A stretch of 64,000 nucleotides of DNA from NCBI GenBank assembly GCA_009859145.1, contig VRVR01000046.1:62001-126000 (forward strand), given 5' to 3'. The notes beneath the pieces were generated by a model. The model did not search any database, was not told the DNA's origin, and saw nothing but the letters and a program-made list of their open reading frames with translations. The position numbers were made by a program, and so were the translations under genes. Below are positions 8,996 to 17,503 of the stretch, piece after piece. This DNA comes from Andalucia godoyi And28 (taxonomy: Eukaryota > Protista > Jakobida). Each line of letters starts with the position of its first letter. Position 1 is the stretch's first letter.

Positions 8996-9373
8996 CTACT
9001 GCTGTGGCTTTGGAGATGCAGCAGATGGAATGGGAGACGAAGCAATGAGCTGCAGAGGTGCGACCGGCGGAGCATCGAATTTCTGAGCTTTAAGCGCTCG
9101 TACAAAATGATAAGACTGGACGGACTCGTTGGCGATGTGGCACGCAAGCAACAGGTAGTTCCTAGGTTGGACCATCCATGCAAACCGCATGAAAAGGCCA
9201 GAATACAGACACAACGCCCCTGTCATTGGAATCGAAATGTACTCTGCGGGCTTATTGAGATCCGCGAGACCCGCAATAAAAAACGACCAGTTCGCCACCG
9301 GACCCCAGAAATGCGTCGTCTTTGGCCCCGTCGGAGAATTAAGAAACGCACGGAACGCAGACGATGATGACAT
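8996..9373 (-). CDS. MPC1: mitochondrial pyruvate carrier 1
   Basis: [20 protein letters not shown]...[19 protein letters not shown]. The true start is probably MSSSS at 9373. The upstream (ER)n in the track is a (GA)n microsatellite. Confidence 0.95.
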   Translation of the reverse strand: MSSSSAFRAFLNSPTGPKTTHFWGPVANWSFFIAGLADLNKPAEYISIPMTGALCLYSGLFMRFAWMVQPRNYLLLACHIANESVQSYHFVRALKAQKFDAPPVAPLQLIASSPIPSAASPKPQQ

Positions 9374-9380
9374 GACTAGT

Positions 9381-9392
9381 TCTCTCTCTCTC

Positions 9393-9451
<59 letters not shown>
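9381..9451. repeat. (CT)n/(GA)n microsatellite in the MPC1 leader
   Basis: About 35 dinucleotide units, directly visible. Confidence 0.95.
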
Positions 9452-9454
<3 letters not shown>

Positions 9455-9851
9455 GTGGTCTCTGTGTGTCTGTGTATGTGTCCAGTCGACAGGAAAAGCT
9501 AAAAAAGCACGAAAACCGAAGTGGTAATGGGTCTGACTGACCGGAAAACTGCCTGATGACACAGACGGTGCAAGCATCAACTTGTGAGTGCGGGTTGATG
9601 CTTTGGTTGATGCTTTCTTTTTTATAATTTGTTTCCTTTGCGGGGGATTACCAGAAGTGGATTATTACCCGCCCCCCGCTACAGTAGTGCTTCTCGGTTT
9701 CGAAAATGTAAAACAGTCGGCGTGTGCTACGCTTTGTTTTTGTATTTGTATTTGTTTTTTTGCTGGAGTGGTCAGCGAATACTTTGCTGATGAGCAATAG
9801 GATAGTACCTGGGAAAGAGGGAAGGGTTCAGAGAGGAGTAGTCTTTTGGGG

Positions 9852-11417
9852 ATGGGAAACAGCCCGAGTGTTCCGATCAATGGAGCTGTGCCTGTCGAGT
9901 ACAATGTGCCGGCGAAGTGTGTGGTGGATCCGCTGATGGCCGGCATGGTGCTGTGCATGAAATCGTACGGCCTGAAGTGGAAGGCTGCGCATGGAGTGAT
10001 TACAGCCGATGGACGCGCGCTTTTGCTGTATCGCGAGTTCACGGATGCGCTGCCCAAGCGTGCGCTGAACCTCCTGTCGATGCATTGCTATCGGAATGTT
10101 GACGCGAATGCTTCTCGACCGTTTCAAGTCACTCCTGCATTGGCGGAAAAGAGCGCCTTTTGCCTCAGCTTGTTCGCCGTCGATGAACTCGGTCCGGTGC
10201 TCGCCTGGGGCTGCAGAGGTATCCATCTTGCATTTCCGAGTCGCTTTCGAGACTGGGAACGAGTGCTTTGCTTCCTCTGCCGCTCTTCGTCGTCGTCTTC
10301 CTCGTCGTCGTCTTCCTCGTCGTCGTCTTCCTCGTCATCGCCTTCTGGTCCTCCTGTCCCTCCTCCTCTTCTGCATCCACAGCCACAGCCACCGTCACAG
10401 TCACCACCGCTTCCAGAGTCGGCTTCTCGTTCGCCTCCAAGTCGACTGCCGTATAAAACTGCAATGTCGACCTCTGCGTTTCTCTCTGCGCTGTCAGGAA
10501 CTCCAGTGCCTCCAAACGGCACTGCGCACTCTACAATGCTATTCTGGTGCATTGCGAACGGCCGAGCGTCGAAGTTTTTAAAGATCGTTGCTGACCACTT
10601 TAGCGGTTCAGACGCCGGCGGCGTTTTGTCTGTGCTCTTCAATCCCGAGGGAGACAATGTGCTGATGGCTGCGTGCCGAATGACTCCGATCTCCATGCAC
10701 ATTGTAAGCTCACTGCTGGAGTCAGCCGCCATGGGATCGTTTGATTTGAATGTGCAGAACCCTATGAACGGAAACACCGCGCTGCACTATGCATGCGGAG
10801 AACGAATCTCAACGGTAGGTGTCAATTCCCAAGTTGGCGTCGTCCGATTCTTGCTGTGGAAAGGCGCACGCAGGAATATCAAGAATCATGCCGGAATGGA
10901 ATGCGCGGATTCTGCCTGCTCACAAATCAAAGGACTGGTTCTCGTCATGGCTTCCCCTTCTGCTGCTTCTTCCTCCTCTGCCTCCTCAGCTGGTGCCTCC
11001 TCTTCTAGGTCGTCGATGCCAGGGGGTTGTGATTCATGGTTTGTGCCTTCTGACGACGTTGCGATGTGCAACTCCAGCGTTCCCGCGAACCGCCCCACTC
11101 CCACTCATACTGCTGCGGATAGTGACTCTGCGAGTACTGGTTCGGGAGTGTATGCTGATCCGGCTCCTGGTGTATGCCGACCTCCCACGCCTCCTCCGTT
11201 TCCCTCGGTAGCGTCGAGCAGTGCACAACCACCACCTTCGATACCCGTCTCCGAACGTCTAGGAGATGAATGCATCATATGCTGCATCGACCGTGCATCC
11301 ATTGCGTTTATTCCGTGTGGCCACATGGCGGTCTGTGTCAGCTGTGGCAGGAAGCTTACTAAGTGCCCCATATGCAGGCAGCCCATCGTCTCCGTCCTCA
11401 ATGTGTATCGTGTCTAA
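9852..11417 (+). CDS. ankyrin-repeat + C-terminal RING E3 ubiquitin ligase, probably N-myristoylated
   Basis: ATG 9852 gives MGNSPS. Ankyrin motifs GDNVLMAAC and GNTALHYAC. Terminal CIIC..PCGHMAVCVSC..CPICRQPI RING. Confidence 0.85.
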   Translation: MGNSPSVPINGAVPVEYNVPAKCVVDPLMAGMVLCMKSYGLKWKAAHGVITADGRALLLYREFTDALPKRALNLLSMHCYRNVDANASRPFQVTPALAEKSAFCLSLFAVDELGPVLAWGCRGIHLAFPSRFRDWERVLCFLCRSSSSSSSSSSSSSSSSSSSPSGPPVPPPLLHPQPQPPSQSPPLPESASRSPPSRLPYKTAMSTSAFLSALSGTPVPPNGTAHSTMLFWCIANGRASKFLKIVADHFSGSDAGGVLSVLFNPEGDNVLMAACRMTPISMHIVSSLLESAAMGSFDLNVQNPMNGNTALHYACGERISTVGVNSQVGVVRFLLWKGARRNIKNHAGMECADSACSQIKGLVLVMASPSAASSSSASSAGASSSRSSMPGGCDSWFVPSDDVAMCNSSVPANRPTPTHTAADSDSASTGSGVYADPAPGVCRPPTPPPFPSVASSSAQPPPSIPVSERLGDECIICCIDRASIAFIPCGHMAVCVSCGRKLTKCPICRQPIVSVLNVYRV

Positions 11418-11550
11418 GTCGCCGTACCAACAAAAAAAAAACTCTGTCCTTTACAAAAAGCGAAAGAAAAAAGAAAAACAGAGAAATATACATCGTTGCT
11501 TCGCTAAACACCCTGTAAGATGAGACCAGGCGCGCACGAGAAAAAGGACT

Positions 11551-11961
11551 TTAATATTGGTAAATTCCATAGACTGTTGCCAGACAGAACAGCGAGTCAT
11601 TCATGTAAAGATGCTCCGCAAAGGCATCCGAGTCCGAGTCCCAAAAGCATCTGCACCCAAGCCTTACGCCTTCCCCTTTGCGTTCTCCAACGACGACCTG
11701 CGCAATAATCTTGTATCTCTCATATTCAAACCCTTTCGTCTTGTCGCGGATAACATCTGCAATTTCCTTTGTAAGCGTCGATGCAGCGTCCACCTGATAC
11801 TCCACCCCACTCAACTTCGTCGCAAGCACCTCTTGCAAAAGCGCTTTGACTTGCGATGCCCGAAACTTGTCGTCAAACTGCGGTCGAATCCGAAACTGCG
11901 AGTCCGTGCCGTGCGTCGCAGCCGGAGCTGACTTCACTCCAAGCATATCAAGCCCATCCAT
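11551..11961 (-). CDS. Tctex-1 domain dynein light chain (TCTEX1D2-like)
   Basis: RYKIIAQVVVGERKGEGVRLGCRCFWDSDSD...NDSLFCLATVYGIY. The start is ATG 11961 or 11946. Confidence 0.88.
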   Translation of the reverse strand: MDGLDMLGVKSAPAATHGTDSQFRIRPQFDDKFRASQVKALLQEVLATKLSGVEYQVDAASTLTKEIADVIRDKTKGFEYERYKIIAQVVVGERKGEGVRLGCRCFWDSDSDAFAEHLYMNDSLFCLATVYGIYQY

Positions 11962-12364
11962 TTCTCCTATTCCCCAATATCCAACTCTCCAACTATCCAA
12001 CTATCCACGCCGATGATGATGCCTCTTCCTCAACCTCTTTTATCCTTTCTCTGTCTTTTTCTGAAATACCCTATAAAACTTTACTGCAACAATAATAATA
12101 ATAATAATAGTAATAGTAATAATAATAATAAAACATTAAAAAACCGTCAAGCATCAATTCGGAAGGCCCTTGATGCTACATACAGTTCCATATTCTGTTC
12201 AAGCCAAAAAGCCAGACCTTCAGCGCATCCTATTTGTGCGCTCTGCAATTTATATTTTGGCTTTTTGCTTTTGAATTGTTGTTTGTTGAATAGGGTTTTT
12301 TCATTTAATAATCATTATTTTATTTTATTTTGCAGCTGTGTTTTGCTTTGGTGGTTGTGAGATC

Positions 12365-13420
12365 ATGGCGACGCAGAATCCGGCTCAGTTGTCGTCTTCT
12401 TTGACTGGTGGTACAACAGCTGTTGGATCTGTGGGAGTTGTTTCGGATGTGGTGCTGTGCAGTGCTGAGCTGCAGAATCGTGTGCGAGTGCACCGAAAGC
12501 CTGTGAAGCCATCTCGATCCGACGAGGTTCCGAGAGACTATGGGAACGTAAAGGTGAAGCGGCGCAAGGTGGCGGCGATCGGACCTTCCGCGAATGCCCC
12601 GTTACTGCTGACCCCGATCTCCACGACGGCGCTGTATGAGAATCTGGCAACGGAACTTGTGGTGCGCCCATTCATGGACGTCGTGCTCTCGTTTGCAGAC
12701 ATCGACAATGAACCTGCAATGGTCTATGACCAACGGTTTGTTGCAGATCGTTCAAGAGCGGACCTCGCTGGATGGACTGCGTATCGGTTCATCCATGAAG
12801 TCCTCTATATTCTCGTCAAACCTCGGAATCCAACAGCCGAGTCGCTGCTGGCTGCCAGCTGGGAATCCCTGAAAAGGTCCCTTCTGCTTTCCAGTTCGTC
12901 AGCATCCGCATCCGCGTCAGCATCTTCCATTCCAGTTGCTGCGGCCACGTCGAATGCAGGCAAGGGAAATGGAAACCGAAAAAGAAGAGGGAGTGTCGGA
13001 GGCGCATTGCAGGTGGCAGACGATGCGAGTAACAGCAATAGCAATTCAAGTCTCACAAGCACCAACAACAGTAATAACGGCAGCAGTAGTAACAGCAGTA
13101 GTAGTAGTGGCGGCGGCGGCGGTGGTGGTGGTGGTGCTGGTGTCAGTAATGAGGCTTTGGTTGCAAGATCTGAGAACTGTGCATGGCTAGAACTGCGAGC
13201 AATCGCTGGATCTGCGGGAGATCGGAGTTTCAAGTATCGACTGGCTCGAGTAATGGATCCTGCGTCGATGATTCGCAGTGTCGTTGCAAGACGACCATCG
13301 GAGGCAGTTTCTGTTGTCGAGGGACTTGTGTGGGCCGATATTGTTTGGGACTCAGCAGGAATCGCAGTCCGAGATGCACAGTTTGCAATTTCAAGAATGA
13401 AATGGGCTACCATTAGATAG
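12365..13420 (+). CDS. hypothetical protein with a basic KRRK motif and Ser/Asn/Gly low-complexity tract
   Basis: Long ORF with in-frame codon-type repeats and ATG at 12365. No family recognised. Confidence 0.65.
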   Translation: MATQNPAQLSSSLTGGTTAVGSVGVVSDVVLCSAELQNRVRVHRKPVKPSRSDEVPRDYGNVKVKRRKVAAIGPSANAPLLLTPISTTALYENLATELVVRPFMDVVLSFADIDNEPAMVYDQRFVADRSRADLAGWTAYRFIHEVLYILVKPRNPTAESLLAASWESLKRSLLLSSSSASASASASSIPVAAATSNAGKGNGNRKRRGSVGGALQVADDASNSNSNSSLTSTNNSNNGSSSNSSSSSGGGGGGGGGAGVSNEALVARSENCAWLELRAIAGSAGDRSFKYRLARVMDPASMIRSVVARRPSEAVSVVEGLVWADIVWDSAGIAVRDAQFAISRMKWATIR

Positions 13421-13442
13421 CAGGAGTCAAAAAATAATGATC

Positions 13443-13444
<2 letters not shown>

Positions 13445-13506
<62 letters not shown>

Positions 13507-13537
13507 TCTCTCTCTATCTCTCTCTCTCTCTCTCTCC
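13445..13537. repeat. (CT)n microsatellite
   Basis: About 46 dinucleotide units with two interruptions. Confidence 0.95.
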
Positions 13538-13808
13538 CGCTTTTTGGAACGACCCTGTGTAGTTGGCAACTGGATTTTGCAAATCCGCTCTCCTTCATAC
13601 GTCTATGTGACATACGGGCCACTCAGACTGCACTGTGTCCTTGTATGCGTGTGTGGGCGATGCATGGATGTATTGTTTTAAGAACATGAAAGGTTGACTA
13701 TTAAGACCCCTCAGAAAAAGGAAACGCTCTATTCAATTGCAAATAACTTTCGGCGTCAAGACCTATGGCAACTTTTTGAACTGTCCTTATCGTCGTGTTT
13801 TATCTCGT

Positions 13809-14211
13809 TTTCATCGTCTTGACAAAATGGCTGTGTGAGGAGTATGACTAAATTCTACTTCCGAAATCCGGCACGTCTCGCATGGGGTATCGTGGCCAAC
13901 ATCGCATTCGATGCAAGACTGCACGCCAAATGCTGACGTGGGGCCACTTTCCGATTCCGCCCAGAGATTGCTGCACAAGGCGACAGAAAATGGAACCATT
14001 GTTGTCATTGTGACAGAGGAATACACGTCCAAGACATGTGCGGTGCGTGGAAACATCCATCAGAAATTGAAGAACACGGTGCGCGCATGCAGTTGTGTGT
14101 GTGTGGCGCCTGGCCCCCTAGATGATTGATTCGTAGGATCGATTGTCATGCAACATTACAATTTGCACCAACATGAGAGTCAATTCGCAGTGATGCAGCA
14201 GATCGCAGGCG
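13809..14211 (+). mobile_element. Copy D1: Fanzor2 RuvC-II pseudogene fragment plus right end
   Basis: Reconstructed across frameshifts and one TAA: FHRL/TKWLCEEYD*ILLPKSGTSRMGYRGQHRIRCKTARQMLTWGHF/RFR/QRLLHKATENGTIVVIVTEEYTSKTCAVRGNIHQKL, then a deletion to LKN, then the structured right end ending GCAGGCG. Confidence 0.88.
14095..14211 (+). ncRNA. candidate omegaRNA scaffold (copy D1)
   Basis: CGCCTG (14107-12) is perfectly complementary to CAGGCG (14206-11). 10-bp hairpin 14121-30/14138-47. Conserved TGCAACATT linker. Confidence 0.6.
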
Positions 14212-14339
14212 TGGCGAAATAAACAATAAATCGATGAAGATCATCCAAGAGGCCTGCGTACCAAAATCCACATTTGAAAAATGCATCGAGTCGACAACGG
14301 GCACAAAGCCCTGTATATGCCTCTCCTCTTCCCCTTTTC

Positions 14340-15968
14340 TTACGCCCGAACACCTCGAACAATATCAATGAGGAATACAAAGGCATTCTCGTCAAGGACT
14401 GCCTGCACAACTCCAGCCAGTCTCTTCTTTTCCCAGTACCCATATGGAAATTGTCCCTTTTCTCCAAAGACATTTGTAGCGATCCACGGATTTGCCGCAT
14501 CACGTGATCTTTTGCGATTATGATCACGTTCCTTTCGCTCTTCCCTCTCGCTTGCCTTCTGCTTCTTGTCACCACAAACTGCTGAAGTCCACATCATCCG
14601 CTCTTCGCGCTCCTTGGCAGAGTGTCGAAGCGCGACAGCAGCATCGTCGTCTACGCTGTCCGGTTCTGGCGCGGAGTCGTCTTCGAGAAGAATCTGTGCC
14701 CATCCATCCGGAGTCATTTCACGGAACAGCGGACAATCAACCTGCTTTCTCATTTCTGATGCACCAGCTGCAGAGCCGGGGCCGGTGCCAGGAATCGGCC
14801 TCGATGAAAAATCAAAGATCTCCGACGGTATATCAAGCTGCGATGACGACAACTTGGACGGGAAGAACCCCTCGTTGTTATAAAATGCCATTGCGAAAGG
14901 GTCGTTTCGATACGCCGAAAACTGCGGATCGTGTGGAGCAGAGCCGGCCTTTTTGTGCCGTGATCTCGAAGATGTCGCATGAGAAGTTGGTGCCGCTCCT
15001 CCTGCCGTGCCATCCCTCCCAGCAGTTCCAGATTCTGCATTGGTTTGTTCACTGCGAGACCGTCGGGCTCCGTACAATTCGGGGAACTGGCTGATCTGAA
15101 AATCCCACAGCTGTCGCGCAACATTCTTCTGTTTTCGTTTGAGCAACCCAAGATACTTGTGAATATCGGAAATCGGGTCGGTGAGCGCTTCGACTGGCGG
15201 CTCCCAGTGAAACACGTGGTTCAACACACGCCGTGGAAGTCTAAACACCAACTTCTCGTCGAACGCACCCTGTTTTCCTTCGCGGACATCATCGGAATTC
15301 ACAGGCAAGCTCAGCGCGGGTTCAACTCGATGCGAGTCCCTTGCTGTACGAAGCACAGGCCGTCGAGGAACACTTCTGACGAACGATAGCATGTCCTTGA
15401 CATCCTGGGGAGTGACCAAAATCGACCTTTTTTCCTCTTCGATATCGCGGTTGACCCATTCTTCGTCAATCATCCAATTCAACGACTTTGATCGCTTTGC
15501 ACTCCGTTCCAGCCCGTGTTCCTCCATCGCTACATTCCCATCTGCATCTGCATCTGCATCCGAGTACACATCGCCATGGTCAAACCGACAAGCGGGAACC
15601 GTGATCTGCGGCACACACGGTTCCTGCAGCACTGCCTCGCCGCAGATCTCCAAATCTTCCAATGCGCCTTCTGTGTTTTCTAGATCACGGTACAAGGCCT
15701 CAATTCGGTGTCTGGTCCACTCAAACCGCTCCTTGAATGCTCTTCGGATGCTTCGATACTGCTCGGACCACTCGACACGAACGTCCCACGGCGGCAGAAC
15801 CGGGTGCCCAAAAACCATTCCCCAGTCCTCAGGCTTCATCACACAGTTGTATTCATGCACCCAGTGGCTCGACCGGTGCCGCGCAAGCCTCGCCACATGC
15901 GCAGACAGCTCAGAGGATAAACAATCCTTGACCAGACTCGACAACACTGCGTCCACGTCAATCTGCAT
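14340..15968 (-). CDS. hypothetical protein (~540 aa)
   Basis: Long uninterrupted ORF. First ATG is 15968 (MQID). No family recognised. Confidence 0.7.
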   Translation of the reverse strand: MQIDVDAVLSSLVKDCLSSELSAHVARLARHRSSHWVHEYNCVMKPEDWGMVFGHPVLPPWDVRVEWSEQYRSIRRAFKERFEWTRHRIEALYRDLENTEGALEDLEICGEAVLQEPCVPQITVPACRFDHGDVYSDADADADGNVAMEEHGLERSAKRSKSLNWMIDEEWVNRDIEEEKRSILVTPQDVKDMLSFVRSVPRRPVLRTARDSHRVEPALSLPVNSDDVREGKQGAFDEKLVFRLPRRVLNHVFHWEPPVEALTDPISDIHKYLGLLKRKQKNVARQLWDFQISQFPELYGARRSRSEQTNAESGTAGRDGTAGGAAPTSHATSSRSRHKKAGSAPHDPQFSAYRNDPFAMAFYNNEGFFPSKLSSSQLDIPSEIFDFSSRPIPGTGPGSAAGASEMRKQVDCPLFREMTPDGWAQILLEDDSAPEPDSVDDDAAVALRHSAKEREERMMWTSAVCGDKKQKASEREERKERDHNRKRSRDAANPWIATNVFGEKGQFPYGYWEKKRLAGVVQAVLDENAFVFLIDIVRGVRA

Positions 15969-16213
15969 TGCGCGCCACACACCCCCTCAACCACACTCGA
16001 CTTTTTTAATTTAAATATATATGTATATATAAACAATCCTCTTGAATTGCCTATGTATGTATATCTATAAATGATGATGAAAAACCAAAATAAATAAGGG
16101 TAATCCCATCCAACCCAAAGCCTCTTCTAACATTTGGCTTGCCACGTGCTTTTGCACTACAGGCGCGGCATACGTTGCTAGGTTCAGCATAAAACATACG
16201 AGGAAGTTTACTA

Positions 16214-16481
16214 CTACTTGTGATCACGATACAACAGACACGAAGCAAACACGAAACATGAATAACCACCAATAAACATCAACACATCACAAAAAAAGAA
16301 AACATAGGGATGGTGGGCGGGAAAGAAAACATCTGAGAGAAAATAACAACAAAACCAAGAAACTTACATTCTCTCAGGGCTGAAGATAAATGCAACAGAC
16401 ACATGCTCGACAGCCGTAGTACGCAAAACAGCATTACACAAACATGTTAAAAACACTGAGAAACTCACACGACCACGCCAT
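16214..16481 (-). CDS. probable small spliced gene with a 12-nt micro-exon (absent from the ORF track)
   Basis: AAAAAATGG start at 16481. Intron GTGAGT..TTCAG (16468-16380), exon CCCTGAGAGAAT, intron GTAAGT..CTCAG (16367-16333). Spliced frame reads MAWSSLREYVFFPAHHPY... The 3' structure is uncertain. Confidence 0.45.
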
Positions 16482-16663
16482 TTTTTAAAGCCTCAATTGA
16501 GTACTTGTGAGTTTTCCAATTTCTGGTTCGTTATGGCAGCGCACTACAGTCCACAATGCAGTCGCTTTTTTAGTATTTTGTTGTTGTTGTTGGGTTTGTT
16601 TTTGATTATTTGTCATTATGTTTTACGTTTCTAAGAGATCGGTCGTTGGTTGCATATGTGAAG

Positions 16664-17164
16664 ATGTCGTCACAATCACAGTCCCAGTCACAGTCCCAGT
16701 CCCAGTCACAATCACAGCAGCAGCAACAGCAACAGCATGCAGTGAGCGTAGGTACGCCGTCGGGATATGCAGGGGTGGTGTTTCCGCAGCTTCCGAAGCT
16801 GATGTGGGCGTTTGGAGATGTGCAGAATCCACGACGGGACACTGTCGAAGTGGTTCAGAATATGCTTATTGGGTTTATTCAGGAGGTGGCGTCCAGGGCG
16901 GTGCAGCTTCATCCATCGGCTGCATCGGCTGCGGACCTTGACATCACGGACATCAAGACTGTGATTGCTCGAGATCCGAAATATGTCGTGCGTGTCAATG
17001 AGATGATTCAGAGGAAACGGACGATCCAGGCGCTGCGAACGGCGTTGGTCATGGACGATCCAAAAAGAGATGCAAAAGAGGAAACGGAAAACATCCTTGA
17101 TTTTGTCGCGGCATACGACGACGACTTTGCTGAAATCTATGACAAACAGCCACAAACAAAGTAA
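16664..17164 (+). CDS. TAF13: TFIID subunit 13 (histone-fold)
   Basis: LMWAFGDVQNPRRDTVEVVQNMLIGFIQEV...DIKTVIARDPK matches the TAF13/Spt3-type fold. Start MSSQSQ at 16664. Confidence 0.8.
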   Translation: MSSQSQSQSQSQSQSQSQQQQQQQHAVSVGTPSGYAGVVFPQLPKLMWAFGDVQNPRRDTVEVVQNMLIGFIQEVASRAVQLHPSAASAADLDITDIKTVIARDPKYVVRVNEMIQRKRTIQALRTALVMDDPKRDAKEETENILDFVAAYDDDFAEIYDKQPQTK

Positions 17165-17207
17165 TGGCGGACTTGTGGCCCTCAGACGGGTCTCATAGAA
17201 TGTACAG

Positions 17208-17241
<34 letters not shown>

Positions 17242-17503
17242 ATGCAATTGTCGTTTACTGCCGTGCCGTAACACTGTTAGTGACAGCGTGTTGGGTGGGG
17301 TGGCGATGGAAGGACAGACGCTGGTTTTCAAATTGTACGGATATAAACGAAGAATGGCAAAAGGATCGTGATGCCGATAATGATAATGATAATGAAAGTG
17401 GTAGCGGTTGCGGCAGTGATGGTGACGGTAGTGTGATATTTACACAAAAATGGAGAGGTACATGAATGCACATAAAACAAGATCCCCCGCAATCAGCAGG
17501 GCT

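Noticed and set aside
9374-9580. (ER)n N-terminal extension of MPC1 and similar ER-repeat ORFs (12805..13569, 13413..13622)
   Set aside because: Translation artefacts of (GA)n microsatellites in non-coding DNA.
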